DNA from: Macrostomum lignano
Taxonomy: Eukaryota
NCBI GenBank assembly: GCA_002269645.1
Contig: NIVC01000424.1
Coordinates: 361,501-425,500, forward strand
Direction: 5' to 3'
Length of the DNA: 64,000 nucleotides
The translations under genes were made by a program, and so were the position numbers. Below the pieces are notes generated by a model, which saw only the letters and a list, made by a program, of their open reading frames with translations, ran no database searches and was not told where the DNA came from. Positions 25,801-37,241 of this stretch are shown here, piece by piece; within the stretch, counting starts at the first letter, position 1; each line of letters starts with the position of its first letter.

Positions 25801-27670
25801 CTGCGGCCGGATACCATAAGCTGGAGCCAGATCACCCGGTTTCGGAGGCTGCTCAGGCTGCTGACCCTTAGCGGGTGCCGAGTACTTTCCAGACAGAAGT
25901 CCATCAGCCAGCTTAGCCAACTGAATATCCAGACTCGATACGGGATCGGACCTTTCCCTCTCCAATATGCTCGATCTACCATCGTAGTACCTTCGCACAA
26001 ATGATGGCACAGCGAACAGCAGCTGCAGCACCGAGTTGATGTAGCAGGAGTTACCCAGATTGCGCAGACCGGTGAGACCCGGCCCACCAGCGGGCACCAG
26101 GGCTTTGCCAGTCTCCTGAATCGAATCCCACTCGCGCATGTTGGCTTCAATCTCCAACTCATTCATAGTTTTATCAACTTTTCTCATAGCATTTAAATCG
26201 ATACCAAAATGGTTAAGATGCTGCTCAAGCTTACTATCCAGCACCATATTATCCTCGGCATAAGAGTACACATCGGCGCCTTGAGCACAGATGGTGCCCA
26301 GTTTAACAGCCAGAGGATAGCCAGTCTTCTCATAGTGCTCAACAGCGTGGTTGTTGCCGCCGGAGCCGTCAAAGTAGCGCCGGCCGCACAGGATGGTGCC
26401 GTCAGTCAGGTTTAGCCAGAGATTGTCGCGCTTGTCACACTTGGCGCACTGCCAACCACTGGGCGGGATTTTAATCCCATTGTCCAGCTGGACTAGGCTG
26501 GAAGCGTGCTTGGACTCTTGGCGAGTCTCGCCCTCCCACGTGTTGCTGGCCTGGAAGGGTAAAGTACATATTAACAACTTATTTTGTAGCTCAATATGCA
26601 ACCTTGTACTTCTGGTCTGCTGAATATCCTGCTGAATTCTAAATTCAAAACTCAAAACTCGAAACAGCGGTCGAACTTTCCATATTACCGCAATACAAAG
26701 TGGGCTATCTAGGGAATATTAAGATCTATGATTGTAGCCTAGTGGTTAGAGCATCAGACTCACGACTAAAAGGTCGGGGGTTCGATTCTTAATCAATCCA
26801 CTCGGAAAAATTTGTGACTTTATTGAAGCCAGACACTTAACTCTCTGCATTGCTTCAGTTCCCCCAGCTGTAAAATGGGTGCCAGCATTAGCTGGGGTAA
26901 TTGAGGGTGCGCTTAGCGACCCACGACTTCTTGGATTGAACAGCCAGCAAGCGCCAGCAAAAAAATGCCCACTTAAAAATTACAATTACAGACGTCCAAC
27001 TAATTAGATGACGAGGTAATTAGCCCTAATAATTAAGTTGAAGTTACTCCTGCCGTTTACCTAAAATTACGGTAATTTTTGCTGTTTTCTTCATAAGGTA
27101 CGCCGCAGTTTTGGTGTAATCAGTTATTATTATTGTGTTTGTAAAAGTACAGTATGCTCTTTCCACTCTTTCCAGATGAACAATTCTCACCTGAGCCAAA
27201 AGCTCCAAAGTGTGAGCCGATTGAGCAGCCAAAACTCCATCAATGCTTAATCTAATCCGTTCCGGCAAACAGTCATTTGGCAACGGCATAGCAACAGCTT
27301 CCGGCATCAGGTACAAAGAGTTGGATTCTTCAAACGAATACTGAGACTCATTGCCAGCAAAGCCATCGGCTGTGCCAATAGCCAATCTAGTTGGTTTCTT
27401 AGCTGGCGGATCTTCAACAACATTCGCTGGCACCTCTTTCCATCGACGAATGCGGCGATGCTGCAGGTACAGTCTATGGCCGAACCTGGAGTAATACAAC
27501 GGCAAGAAGTCTAGACCGACGCCGTGAAACGATTTCAAACAGATAAATAAGCCGTTAGGGCTCTCGGGATTGTCGCACGAATAGAGGCATTCGTCTTTGT
27601 AGACCCGACTGTGCTCAGTTGGAATTGAGCAGTGGCTATCCGCTAGGCTTGCTAGGAGTTGAGCGTCCAT
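19887..27670 (-). CDS. USP5: Ubiquitin carboxyl-terminal hydrolase 5/13 (isopeptidase T); exons 27670-27191, 26550-25786, 25214-24642, 20477-19887
   Basis: VYKDEC cryptic ZnF; Zn[13 protein letters not shown]...CGR...GGNNHA; Cys box GLRNLGNSCYINSV; QQDSFEF; two UBA domains (LGF, MGF); His box HMGASTHSGHYVCH. Phase-compatible GT-AG junctions. Confidence 0.93.
20660..24560. repeat. 24-bp satellite (GGATCCCAAATAAAATCCCAATCT), ~3.9 kb, with higher-order duplication; USP5 intron 3
   Basis: Direct; the variant GATCACAAAT recurs at 1344-bp spacing. Confidence 0.97.
25229..25717. repeat. 23-bp minisatellite (CAGCTAGTGGGTCATTGATGTGT), USP5 intron 2
   Basis: Direct. Confidence 0.93.
26728..26966 (+). 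mobile_element. tRNA(Val)-like-headed SINE in USP5 intron 1
   Basis: A box TAGCCTAGTGG, anticodon-like loop CTCACGA, B box GGTTCGATTC, degenerate acceptor stem, central CCCAGCTGTAAAATGGGT motif typical of invertebrate SINE cores, A7 tail. Confidence 0.6.
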
Positions 27671-27834
27671 GGCTTAGGTTGAAGTTTTTAGTAAGCTCAG
27701 TTGCTTTGCGTTGGCTTAATATAGTAGTAAAATAAGCAGAAAGATAAAGTGATAAAGTTTAAGTTGGTTTTAATTAAGGACATTTCCAATGATGAATAAA
27801 CATTTCCGAATAGGAACTGGAAAATGCTTTTTAC

Positions 27835-28580
27835 AGATGGAAACGGACATTTCCACAATGGAAGCGGACATTTCTACAATGGAAGCGGACATTTTCACAA
27901 TGGAAACGGACATTTCCACAATGGAAACGGACATTTTCACAATGGAAACGGACATTTCCACGATGGAAACGGACATTTTCACAATGGAAACGGACATTTT
28001 CACAATGGAAAGCGGACATTTCCACAATGAAAACGGACATTTTCACAATGGAAACGGACATTTCCACAATGGAAACGGACATTTTCACAATGGAAAGCGG
28101 ACATTTCCACAATGGAAACGGACATTTTCACAATGGAAAGCGGACATTTCCACAATGGAAACGGACATTTTCACAATGGAAAGCGGACATTTCCACAATG
28201 GAAACGGACATTTTCGGAATTGAAACAGACATTTCCACAATGGAAGCGAGCATTTCCGCAATTGAAACAGACATTTCCACAATGGAAACGAACATTTCCA
28301 CAATGGAAGCGAGCATTTCCGGAATTGAAACAGACATTTCTACAATGGAAGCGAGCATTTCCACAATGGAAAGCGGACATTTCCACAATGGAAAGCGGAC
28401 ATTTCCACAATGGAAAGCGGACATTTCCACAATGGAAAGCGGACATTTCCACAATGGAAAGCGGACATTTCCACAATGGAAAGCGGACATTTCCACAATG
28501 GAAAGCGGACATTTCCACAATGGAAAGCGGACATTTCCACAATGGAAAGCGGACATTTCCACAATGGAAACAGACATTTC
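27835..28580. repeat. 21/22-bp minisatellite (CGGACATTTCCACAATGGAAA) just upstream of USP5
   Basis: Direct. Confidence 0.95.
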
Positions 28581-29224
28581 CGCAGTCGAAATTTTCAAAA
28601 CTAAAACGAAATTTAGAATTTCGGAAACCAGCACCACTAACAACTGATTATGGCAATTATTTATCCTAATTAATTAACTACATCAAAGCTTCATCACTCA
28701 GGATAAAAAAAGACGTTTAACAAAACAAAGCTTTGCTAGAACAGAAAGTAAAAAGCTATTTATTAAGCTCTTTAAATTCACTATTGCACTATTTACTTAA
28801 GCTTTATATAGTTTAAAACAGTATAACAGTTGTGAACTTAGATGTAAGAAAATAAGTCAAAAAGTGCAAAAAAAACTATTAAATAGAGAAGCTTGATAAA
28901 ATAATATTATGACTAAGTATATAGAGGCACAGAAAACATTACTTGTTCAAAATGAAATAGTGATAAAAATATCAGAAAAATTCGGGCAATGTCTGCAGTG
29001 TACTATTGAAAATCAATGCTAGTTAGGCAAGAAGACTGCAATATACTGCAGTAAACGCTTAATATAACAGATAATAGAAATATAAAATATAAAGATTGTC
29101 TTTGAAATACTTATTGTATAAAATCGCATATATAAAGAAAACCTTACTAATTTCAGAAACTATATATATATAAAAGACTGACGAACAGTTAAGATTGCGT
29201 AAATTGGGTGATGTCACGTGTCTT

Positions 29225-29580
29225 CTGTACGGGCAAGCCGGTAAGAGTGGGGGGATGGTGGGTCTAGCGTGTACACTAAGGGGCAGGCGGGTAGAAGTGA
29301 GGTGGTGGGTCCTAAGTGTACATTAAGGGCATGCAGGCAGGCCGGTAGGAGTAGGGTGGTGGATCTTGCGTGTACACTAAGGGGCAGGCGGGTAGAAGTG
29401 AGGTGGTGGGTCCTAAGTGTACATTAAGGGCATGCAGGCAGGCCGGTAGGAGTAGGGTGGTGGATCTTGCGTGTACACTAAGGGGCAGGCGGGTAGAAGT
29501 GAGGTGGTGGGTCCTAAGTGTACATTAAGGGCATGCAGGCAGGCCGGTAGGAGTGGGGTGGTGGGTCTTAAGTGTACAAA
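29225..29580. repeat. G-rich ~101-bp tandem repeat, ~3.5 copies
   Basis: GCCGGTAGGAG recurs at 29341 and 29442. Confidence 0.85.
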
Positions 29581-29779
29581 TTAAGAGGCAGGCGGCTGTT
29601 TTGTAATAATAAACTGGCAACCTCAAGATCACTCGGTTCAGATAGATAACACGACACAGACGGTGAAAAAGCAGGTAGAAGTAAATCAACTAGAATAAGC
29701 ATTGACTAGAAGATTTTTGATTGATTATATCAGGTTCCGAAAAGCAATCGATAAAAAAATCGATCGACTTATTTATTAA

Positions 29780-30181
29780 TCAACCCTGATGCTGATCGGC
29801 CTGCAGCTCGGCAACAGACTTCTCCGACTTTTTCATTTTGGCCATATCGATACCAAAATGCTTGAGATGCTGCTCAAGCTTACTATCCAACACCATATTA
29901 TCCTCGGCATAAGAGTACACATCGGCGCCTGGAGCACAGATGGTGCCCAGTTTAACAGCCAGAGGATAGCCAGTCTTCTCATAGTGCTCAACAGCGTGGT
30001 TGTTTCCGCCTGAACCGTCAAAGTAGCGCCGGCCGCACAGGATGGTGCCATCTGTCAGGTTTAGCCAGAGGTTGTCACGCTTGTCACACATGGCGCACTG
30101 CCAACCACTGGGCGGGATTTTAATCCCATTGTCCAGCTGGACTAGGCTGGAAGCGTGCTTGGACTCTTGCAGGTCGGACAT
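29780..30181 (-). CDS. Stand-alone ZnF-UBP ORF (133 aa), duplicate of USP5 exon-2 domain; small gene or pseudogene fragment
   Basis: ESKHASSL...HFGID is nearly identical in DNA to 26520-26200. It has its own ATG (30181), stop (29780), downstream AATAAA and an upstream TTTTTTTTCAG acceptor. Confidence 0.6.
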   Translation of the reverse strand: MSDLQESKHASSLVQLDNGIKIPPSGWQCAMCDKRDNLWLNLTDGTILCGRRYFDGSGGNNHAVEHYEKTGYPLAVKLGTICAPGADVYSYAEDNMVLDSKLEQHLKHFGIDMAKMKKSEKSVAELQADQHQG

Positions 30182-30299
30182 GTTTACCGGTATCGAATAA
30201 AGCAGCTGAGCTGAAAAAAAACAATAAGAAATAATACCTAACGCAGCAATATCTTCGTAGGCTTTGATTTGCATATTTAATGGGTCTTTAAGTGCCCCT

Positions 30300-30560
30300 C
30301 TACCATTCCCTGATGCTTCGGCTGGTTCTGTCTCTACCCCCTCCCGATGCTTCAGCTGGTTCTCTACCCCCTCCCTGATGCTTCAGCTGGCTGTCTCTAC
30401 CCCCTCCCTGATGCTTCAGCTGGTGTTCTCTACCCCCTCCCGATGCTTCAGCTGGCTGTCTCTACCCCCTCCCTGATGCTTCAGCTGGTGTTCTCTACCC
30501 CCCCCCCTGATCCTTTAGCTGGCTGTCTCTACCCCCTCCTGATGCTTCAGCTGGTGTTGC
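30300..30560. repeat. ~35-bp minisatellite (TGATGCTTCAGCTGG...TCTACCCCCTCCC)
   Basis: Direct. Confidence 0.88.
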
Positions 30561-31009
30561 CTCTACTCTACTCAACAGTCTTACTCTGTCTCACGCATCC
30601 TCCTCCTCACAGCTGTTTCTTAATCACTGAATAAAAGCAAACATTGTTGGTATAATAATCAATGGAAACTAAAACACTGAAAAAGCTACATCAAATAAGT
30701 TGTAATTCTGAATACTCATTCTAGCATTTATTTTTTCGTTAATTCCAGTCTAAAACGAGCAAGCAACTAAATTCAGGTCAAAGACTGACAGAACATTTAA
30801 CAGGTTTGAAATCGCATTAAAATGATTGAAAAAATGCATGTTTGCCATAAAGACAGCATATCAATACGGCTACGATAACGTTTTCTACTATAAAATATAA
30901 AATATTACACTAGTAAGCAACCAGACACCAATCTCTTTCAACAGCGACCCAATAAACTCTAATACCATTAATTGACTTTTTGATCTTATTAACTGACATT
31001 TAAATCTTA

Positions 31010-31740
31010 ATCTCATTAACTAATCTCTCAATCTCACCTGTACGGTCCATCTCTAATTCTTACCTGTAGAATCCATCTATCAATCTCACCTGCACAATCA
31101 TTCTAACGATCTCACCAGTAAAATCAATCTATCAATCTCACCTGTACAATCAATATATTAATCTATCGATCTCCCCTGTAAAATCAATTAATCTCACCTG
31201 TACAATCAGCTTATCAATCTCACCTACTACAATCAATCTATCAATCTCACCTGTAAAATCAATCTATCAATCTCCCCTGTAAAATCAATAAATCTCACCT
31301 GTACAATCAATTTATCAATCTCACCTGTACAATCAGCTTATCAATCTCACCTGCTACAATCAATCTATCAATCTCCCCTGTAAAATCAATAAATCTCACC
31401 TGTACAATCAATCTCTCAATCTCACCTGTAGAGTCAATCTCTCAATTTCACCTGTGAAATCAATTTATCAATCTCCCCTGTAAAATCAATAAATCTCACC
31501 TGTACAATCAATTTATCAATCTCACCTGTACAATCAGCTTATCAATCTCACCTGCTACAATCAATCTATCAATCTCCCCTGTAAAATCAATAAATCTCAC
31601 CTGTACAATCAATCTCTCAATCTCACCTACTACAATCAATCTATCAATCTCACCTGTAAAATCAATCTATCAATCTCACCAGTACAATCAATCTGTCAAT
31701 CTCACCTGTACAATTAATCTATCAATCTCACCTGTAAAGT
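31010..31740. repeat. ~26-bp minisatellite (AATCTCACCTGTACAATCAATCTATC)
   Basis: Direct. Confidence 0.9.
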
Positions 31741-31835
31741 CTAACTCTCAAAATCGCTCTCATTGAATTGAACTATTCTAAAAACCCTGTCAAAAAAGAG
31801 AGTACATGAAGTACCTACATACACTGGTAGCTTTA

Positions 31836-32419
31836 TTAAACACTTAAATCGATTTTTCTCAACCATTTACACAGCAGCAATCGGGCAGGCGACACCAGCG
31901 TAGCCTCGGGCCTGTGCAAGCTTCTCAAACTCAGCCAGACATAATTGGCCCGATCAATCTGCCACAGCAGAGACCGATAGCCAATCAGCGGCAGGAAGCA
32001 CAGGCGGGCATCAGCTGATAGGCAGCCAGTAGCTGCTGCTTTTTCCAGATCGGCACTCAGGCACTGGTGATGCGCCTCGGCAGATCCGACAATCTCCTTG
32101 ATCAGATTGGCCAAGCTGTTGCCATGCTCATTCGGCTGCTCGGCGGTGGCTTTTGCGGCCGAGTGTAAGTTCTCCGGCGAGGCAATGCCGTGCCGTCGGA
32201 GTTCGGCTTCGGGTAGTTCGCAGCGACCACGGTTGATCATTATGTTGGCTGAGGCTGACAGGAAGCGGAGGAGACCGACCAGCCTGGATGAAGGAGTTGT
32301 GGGGCGGCGACAGAATGCAGGCAAAGACAGACACAGAAAAAAAACAGAAAGACAGACAGACAGCCACAGACAGATAGATAGACAGACAGAGAGACACAGA
32401 CAGACAGAAAGACAGACGC

Positions 32420-32464
<45 letters not shown>

Positions 32465-32491
32465 CAGACAGACAGACAGATAGACAGAAAT

Positions 32492-32532
<41 letters not shown>

Positions 32533-32679
32533 TACAGACAGACAGACAGACAGACAGACAGATACAGACAGACAGACACTACGAGCGTAAGACAGACAGA
32601 CAGACAGATAGACAGAAATACAGACAGACAGACAGACAGACAGATACAGACAGACACTACGAGCGTAAGACAGACATAC

Positions 32680-32718
<39 letters not shown>

Positions 32719-33343
32719 TACACAGACAGACAGACAGACAGACAGAGCTGCTCTTACCTGCCAGCGTGACTAGCGGCCGAAAAGGCGGCCGGACAAGAGT
32801 CCTTAGTGACGCCGGCAGACAGCAGCATACAGTAATAAACAGGCGAGAATGCGGCCTCGCAGTAGCGATGCAGCTCAGCCAAGTCCGAGCAGATCCGGCC
32901 GCCAAGATAGCGCTCCCTAGAGATGAGCAGCTTCTCTAAATAATGCTTAGGCAGCTGATTACGGCGCACCACCTGTTCAAGCTCCCTAACAACCGGATAT
33001 TCTCCAGGTAGGATAACAGGCCGATCAGCCTCATCAGGACCAGCATAGATCAGATCTAAACAATCTCTCCAGTACTGCAGCCTCATCTGTGCCAGCTGTG
33101 CATCAGATGCAGCATCGCGAATCTGCGACAGTTCAATACTGTAGGCAGTCAGAGCCAGAGCGCACCGGCGCACTGCACTTGGCATTAGCAGTGCACAAGA
33201 ATGAAAATGCGCATCGGTAGTGCGTACAATATTCGAACAGTATTCGCTAGGATTTTGATACTGACTATCTGTTGATGATTGTGTTGCTAGGCAACGAGTG
33301 GCTAGCCTAGCAACTGGAAGCCCAGTCGCTAGCAGAAAGTATC
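31836..33343 (-). CDS. NDUFAF6: Complex I assembly factor 6 (phytoene/squalene synthase-like); exons ~33343-32758 and 32283-31836, 5' end unresolved
   Basis: [10 protein letters not shown]...[14 protein letters not shown]...MRLQYWRD...PVVREL...AASHAGR..GLLR resembles NDUFAF6. The phase-2 GT-AG intron 32757-32284 fits. The frame extends upstream of the annotated ATG through an Arg/Leu/Ala-rich presequence-like segment. Confidence 0.8.
32325..32745. repeat. (GACA)n microsatellite in NDUFAF6 intron
   Basis: Direct. Confidence 0.97.
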
Positions 33344-34216
33344 TGGTAATAATAGCCTTAAATAATTTAAAGTTTTCAGGTGATGATTTGATTTTGAAAA
33401 AAATGTTTTATATTACTGTAAGTAGGACAGGCATTAAAAAAATTATCTTTTACAGATGCTTAGAGAATTTGTTGCGCCAGCATGACAGTGGCACCCACAA
33501 TTTGGTGGCAGTAAATGAGTATATTTAATAAGCATACCTTAAAAAAAGTTGCTTGCATGCTGCAACACACCTAAAAATTACCTTAGGTGTCTACTGTACT
33601 AGTATATTTTGAAAAAGGTACTGGTCTAACATAGCATATCTAAAATTTGTAGATATATATGTTTGCATCCACAGGTTTATCTAAAAGCTCCTTGTACATA
33701 TCTGCACATTTTTGAAAAGCATAATCACAATACATACCTTTTCTACTTGATTTTGTCTTAAAATTCAGACTGTTAATGGTCAATAGGATATACACAATTC
33801 TTACAAGCATGCTTTTAAAAAGATTAGTTTCAAACAAACAGATACTTAATATTTATATATACTAAAAGCTATCAAAATTAATTAACTAGGCCTCTCATAG
33901 CCTTAGCATGTCTAGTAGAGTCTATACAAGTACCATAATTGACTTGATACTCAAAAGTTGAGTAATCAACATTATTTTTTAATTTAAACTTGAGGAATCT
34001 CATACAATGTTGCTTTATACTAGAGTAGTTGAGTTGAGTCAAGTAGTTGATAAGATTTGAAATAGCTTATTTGATTATAACTTTTAAATGTAAACACTAC
34101 TATATTCTAAGAAAAAGTAATTAAAAATTCTTATTATGCTTGAAACAAAATGTTTTATTTATCAATATATTTTCACTATAGAAATCAGGTAAAGTGGCTC
34201 GCTTGATGAAGAGTAG

Positions 34217-34372
34217 ATAAATAAAGGTAAATATCAACATGAAGTACCATTTGAGCCGCCGATGCACCTCGTCCATTTGCATTACGAAAACGATGACGAT
34301 GTCCTAATGCAAATGGACGAAATGCATCGGCAACTCAAATAATATTTCATGTTAATATTTACCTTTATTTAT
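34217..34372. repeat. Inverted repeat: 68-bp arms, 20-nt loop
   Basis: Arms 34217-34284 and 34305-34372 differ at 8 positions, all transitions. Confidence 0.9.
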
Positions 34373-35409
34373 TTTCACTATAATATAAGGGGTCTTTAAT
34401 ATACTTGATACAAAATCATCATATATTGAGGTTGCTCAGTTGCAACTATTTTGAAAATGATGGTACAAAATATATTATTATGTAGAAAGCTTAATCTTAT
34501 CTGCATTTGTAAATGTTTAATTTCTATGTATATTTAAAAGTTGATGTAGGGGGCCTTGCTTTATAGGTTAAGACACAAAAAAGGAATTATGATTAGCTTT
34601 ATCATAGTTAATTTGGTAATAACTGTGTTGATAACAGGTTACTTTAGAAGTTCAGTGCTAAATGTATATAGACTCAGAGAACATTCAATGCCAATTATTT
34701 TAAAGTTTTTGTTTTTTAAAGGTAATTAAAACATATATGAATTTAGGAATTCTGTTTGTTTCGCCCTCAAACCATTTTGGCCATGGACGTTTCACCCCTA
34801 GAAACTTTTGGCCCATAGTCTGTTTTGCCCATAAACCAGTGTGGCTATAGTACATATTTTAACCAAAATGGTGATTATATAATTAAGAGATATAGCCATA
34901 TATATATGTATTTAATTTTGTCTTTTTTCTATGCTAATTTTTAGTTTGAATGTCTAACAAAATATGAATTGTTGCTATAACATGAGTTATTATAATTGTG
35001 AATTATTACAATTTTTATTCTAAGAAAATCTCCTTTCAAAGTGTGATAAGCCTCTTTAATTAGAGGATGAGAAAGGGTTATGGTAAAACCAAAAACACTA
35101 AAAGAATAGATTTGTCAACTTTTTCCAAGTTAGGCATTCTTTGCCACCTTGGCCAAACTGGTTCAATTGGCTTAGAGTAAAAATGATCAATAGTCAAAAT
35201 AATCTATGGGCAAAATTGTCTATAGGCAAAATGGTCTGGGGACAAAATATCAATGCTAAAATAGTTTATAGGTGAAATAACTAGCTACCAATTTGGACTA
35301 CTTACCAAATTGAAGAGGACAACACAAATATTTTATTGCATGTATATTATATAAAATTATAATTTGAATTCTAATTACAAATATATACATCAATTAGGCT
35401 GCATATGCA

Positions 35410-35514
35410 TACACAGATGGATGGACAGATAGACAGACAGACAGGCAGACAGACAGACAAGCAGACACACAGACAGACTGACAGACAGAAAGACAGATAG
35501 ACAAACAGATAGGC

Positions 35515-35551
<37 letters not shown>

Positions 35552-35650
35552 GGCAGACACACAGACAGACACACAGACAGATAGACAGACAGACAAGCAG
35601 ACACACAGACAGACTGACAGACAGAAAGACAGATAGACAAACAGATAGGC

Positions 35651-35683
<33 letters not shown>

Positions 35684-35737
35684 GGCAGACACACAGACAG
35701 ACACACAGACAGATAGACAGACAGACACACACACACA
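35410..35737. repeat. (GACA)n compound microsatellite
   Basis: Direct. Confidence 0.96.
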
Positions 35738-37241
35738 TTATGCATAAAGTAAAACAATAGGCCTAAAATCAAATAATAGCTAAGTTAATAAATTAATAAT
35801 AATAAATAGAAATAAAAGCAAACAGTTAATCTAGAAAATAAATACAGAATAGAAAAGTTAAAGAATTATCAAGACTCAAAATTAAACATCATCTTAAAAA
35901 TGGTAAAAATTGTAAAAGATTATAAAAATATTATAAATAATATTACAATAAAATTTGTAAATAATAGACACTCAATGACTAATGTTTTATAAAATATACA
36001 TTTGGCCAAAAATACCCTATTACCAATTGGAAATATCTGAATATCTAATCTCTTTAAGTAACATTGACATCAATAAGAAATGTATAGTCATTACTAACCA
36101 TGGCTTCTTTTAGAGACATATTTCATTACAAAGTGGTTACTGTCCTATCTGCCCCTTATGTGATTAATAGAAGGAAATATTGATTATTATTTTTTATGAC
36201 ATAACCAGAGAATGTTATTTTCTAGTTGAGTTGACAATCATTTTATTTGTTGCCAGTTTGTCTGGCACTCTTTTGTCTACCAAAATATGATGCAATCATT
36301 TTGTCAACAAAATATTAAATACAATGTCAGTCTAAAAGAAATATCTAGATTGTATATCTTAAAAATATTCAAAACTAAAAATAAGGAACTCATTTTTAAA
36401 GTATGAGTATAGTTATACATACTATTTTAAGACTCACCAAATGTTGACTTGACATATAGGTCTACTTAAGTATATAATTTGAAGTTAAGTTTATATAAAC
36501 TTTGCAACAGGATAGCAAATATTTTATTATCATTGGATTGGGATAGGGCCAGGAATCATAAAAATGCTTATAATCATATTTAACTACAAACTACTTTATC
36601 TTCTAATTCACTAACAACTAACTGTCACAAAATTTTTTTTCAACAAATGTTTATATTAAATATATTTTTTGAAATATTGCATTGAACAATATTATGCATG
36701 AAAAAAAGATATCCCTGATCCCATGACTCTTTACATAACTTGCTAGATAAACTCACCATCCTAGATTGCATCCATAACCTACATTTGTGATTTTTAGGGC
36801 TCTAGATTAGAGGTCGGATGGGATTGAAATCTTCGGGCGAGATCGGGATCGGGAATAATTTTTTTCTTGGGATCGGGATTGGGATCGGGATTCAGGAATT
36901 GGGATCAGGTCTTTTAGTGTATTGTCCATGTAAAGTTAAACAAAATTGAGAAAAGATTATCCAGATCAAGAAGTAAAACACAACGAAATTGATATGTGTA
37001 GTGTACGCTCTGTGCGGTAATAATGTACTTGGCTTGGTCGATGAACTAACTCGTAGCAATACTCTTATTACGCAATGCTCTCGTGCCTATAAATATATTG
37101 AATTGAGCAATCGGCTCATTTAAGTGCATCGTTTCTCTCGCCAAACTAAATAGCTAGTCTGAGTCATTACATGGCGTCGCAAGCAAACTCTCAGTGAGGC
37201 CAACCCCCCGCGCACTGATAACGACCGGTGATTCAGCAAAT

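Noticed and set aside
26728-26800. Functional tRNA-Val gene
   Set aside because: Acceptor and T stems are mismatched, and it continues into a SINE-like body.
27770-28669. Many overlapping METDISTM/HFHNG ORFs
   Set aside because: 21/22-bp satellite open in several frames on both strands; no coding evidence.
29780-31836. NDUFAF6-ZnF-UBP fusion gene
   Set aside because: NDUFAF6 reaches its own stop at 31836 at the expected C-terminus.
34740-35290. Degenerate inverted repeats (TTTTGCCCATA / TATGGGCAAAA)
   Set aside because: Possibly an old MITE, but no definable termini or TSD.
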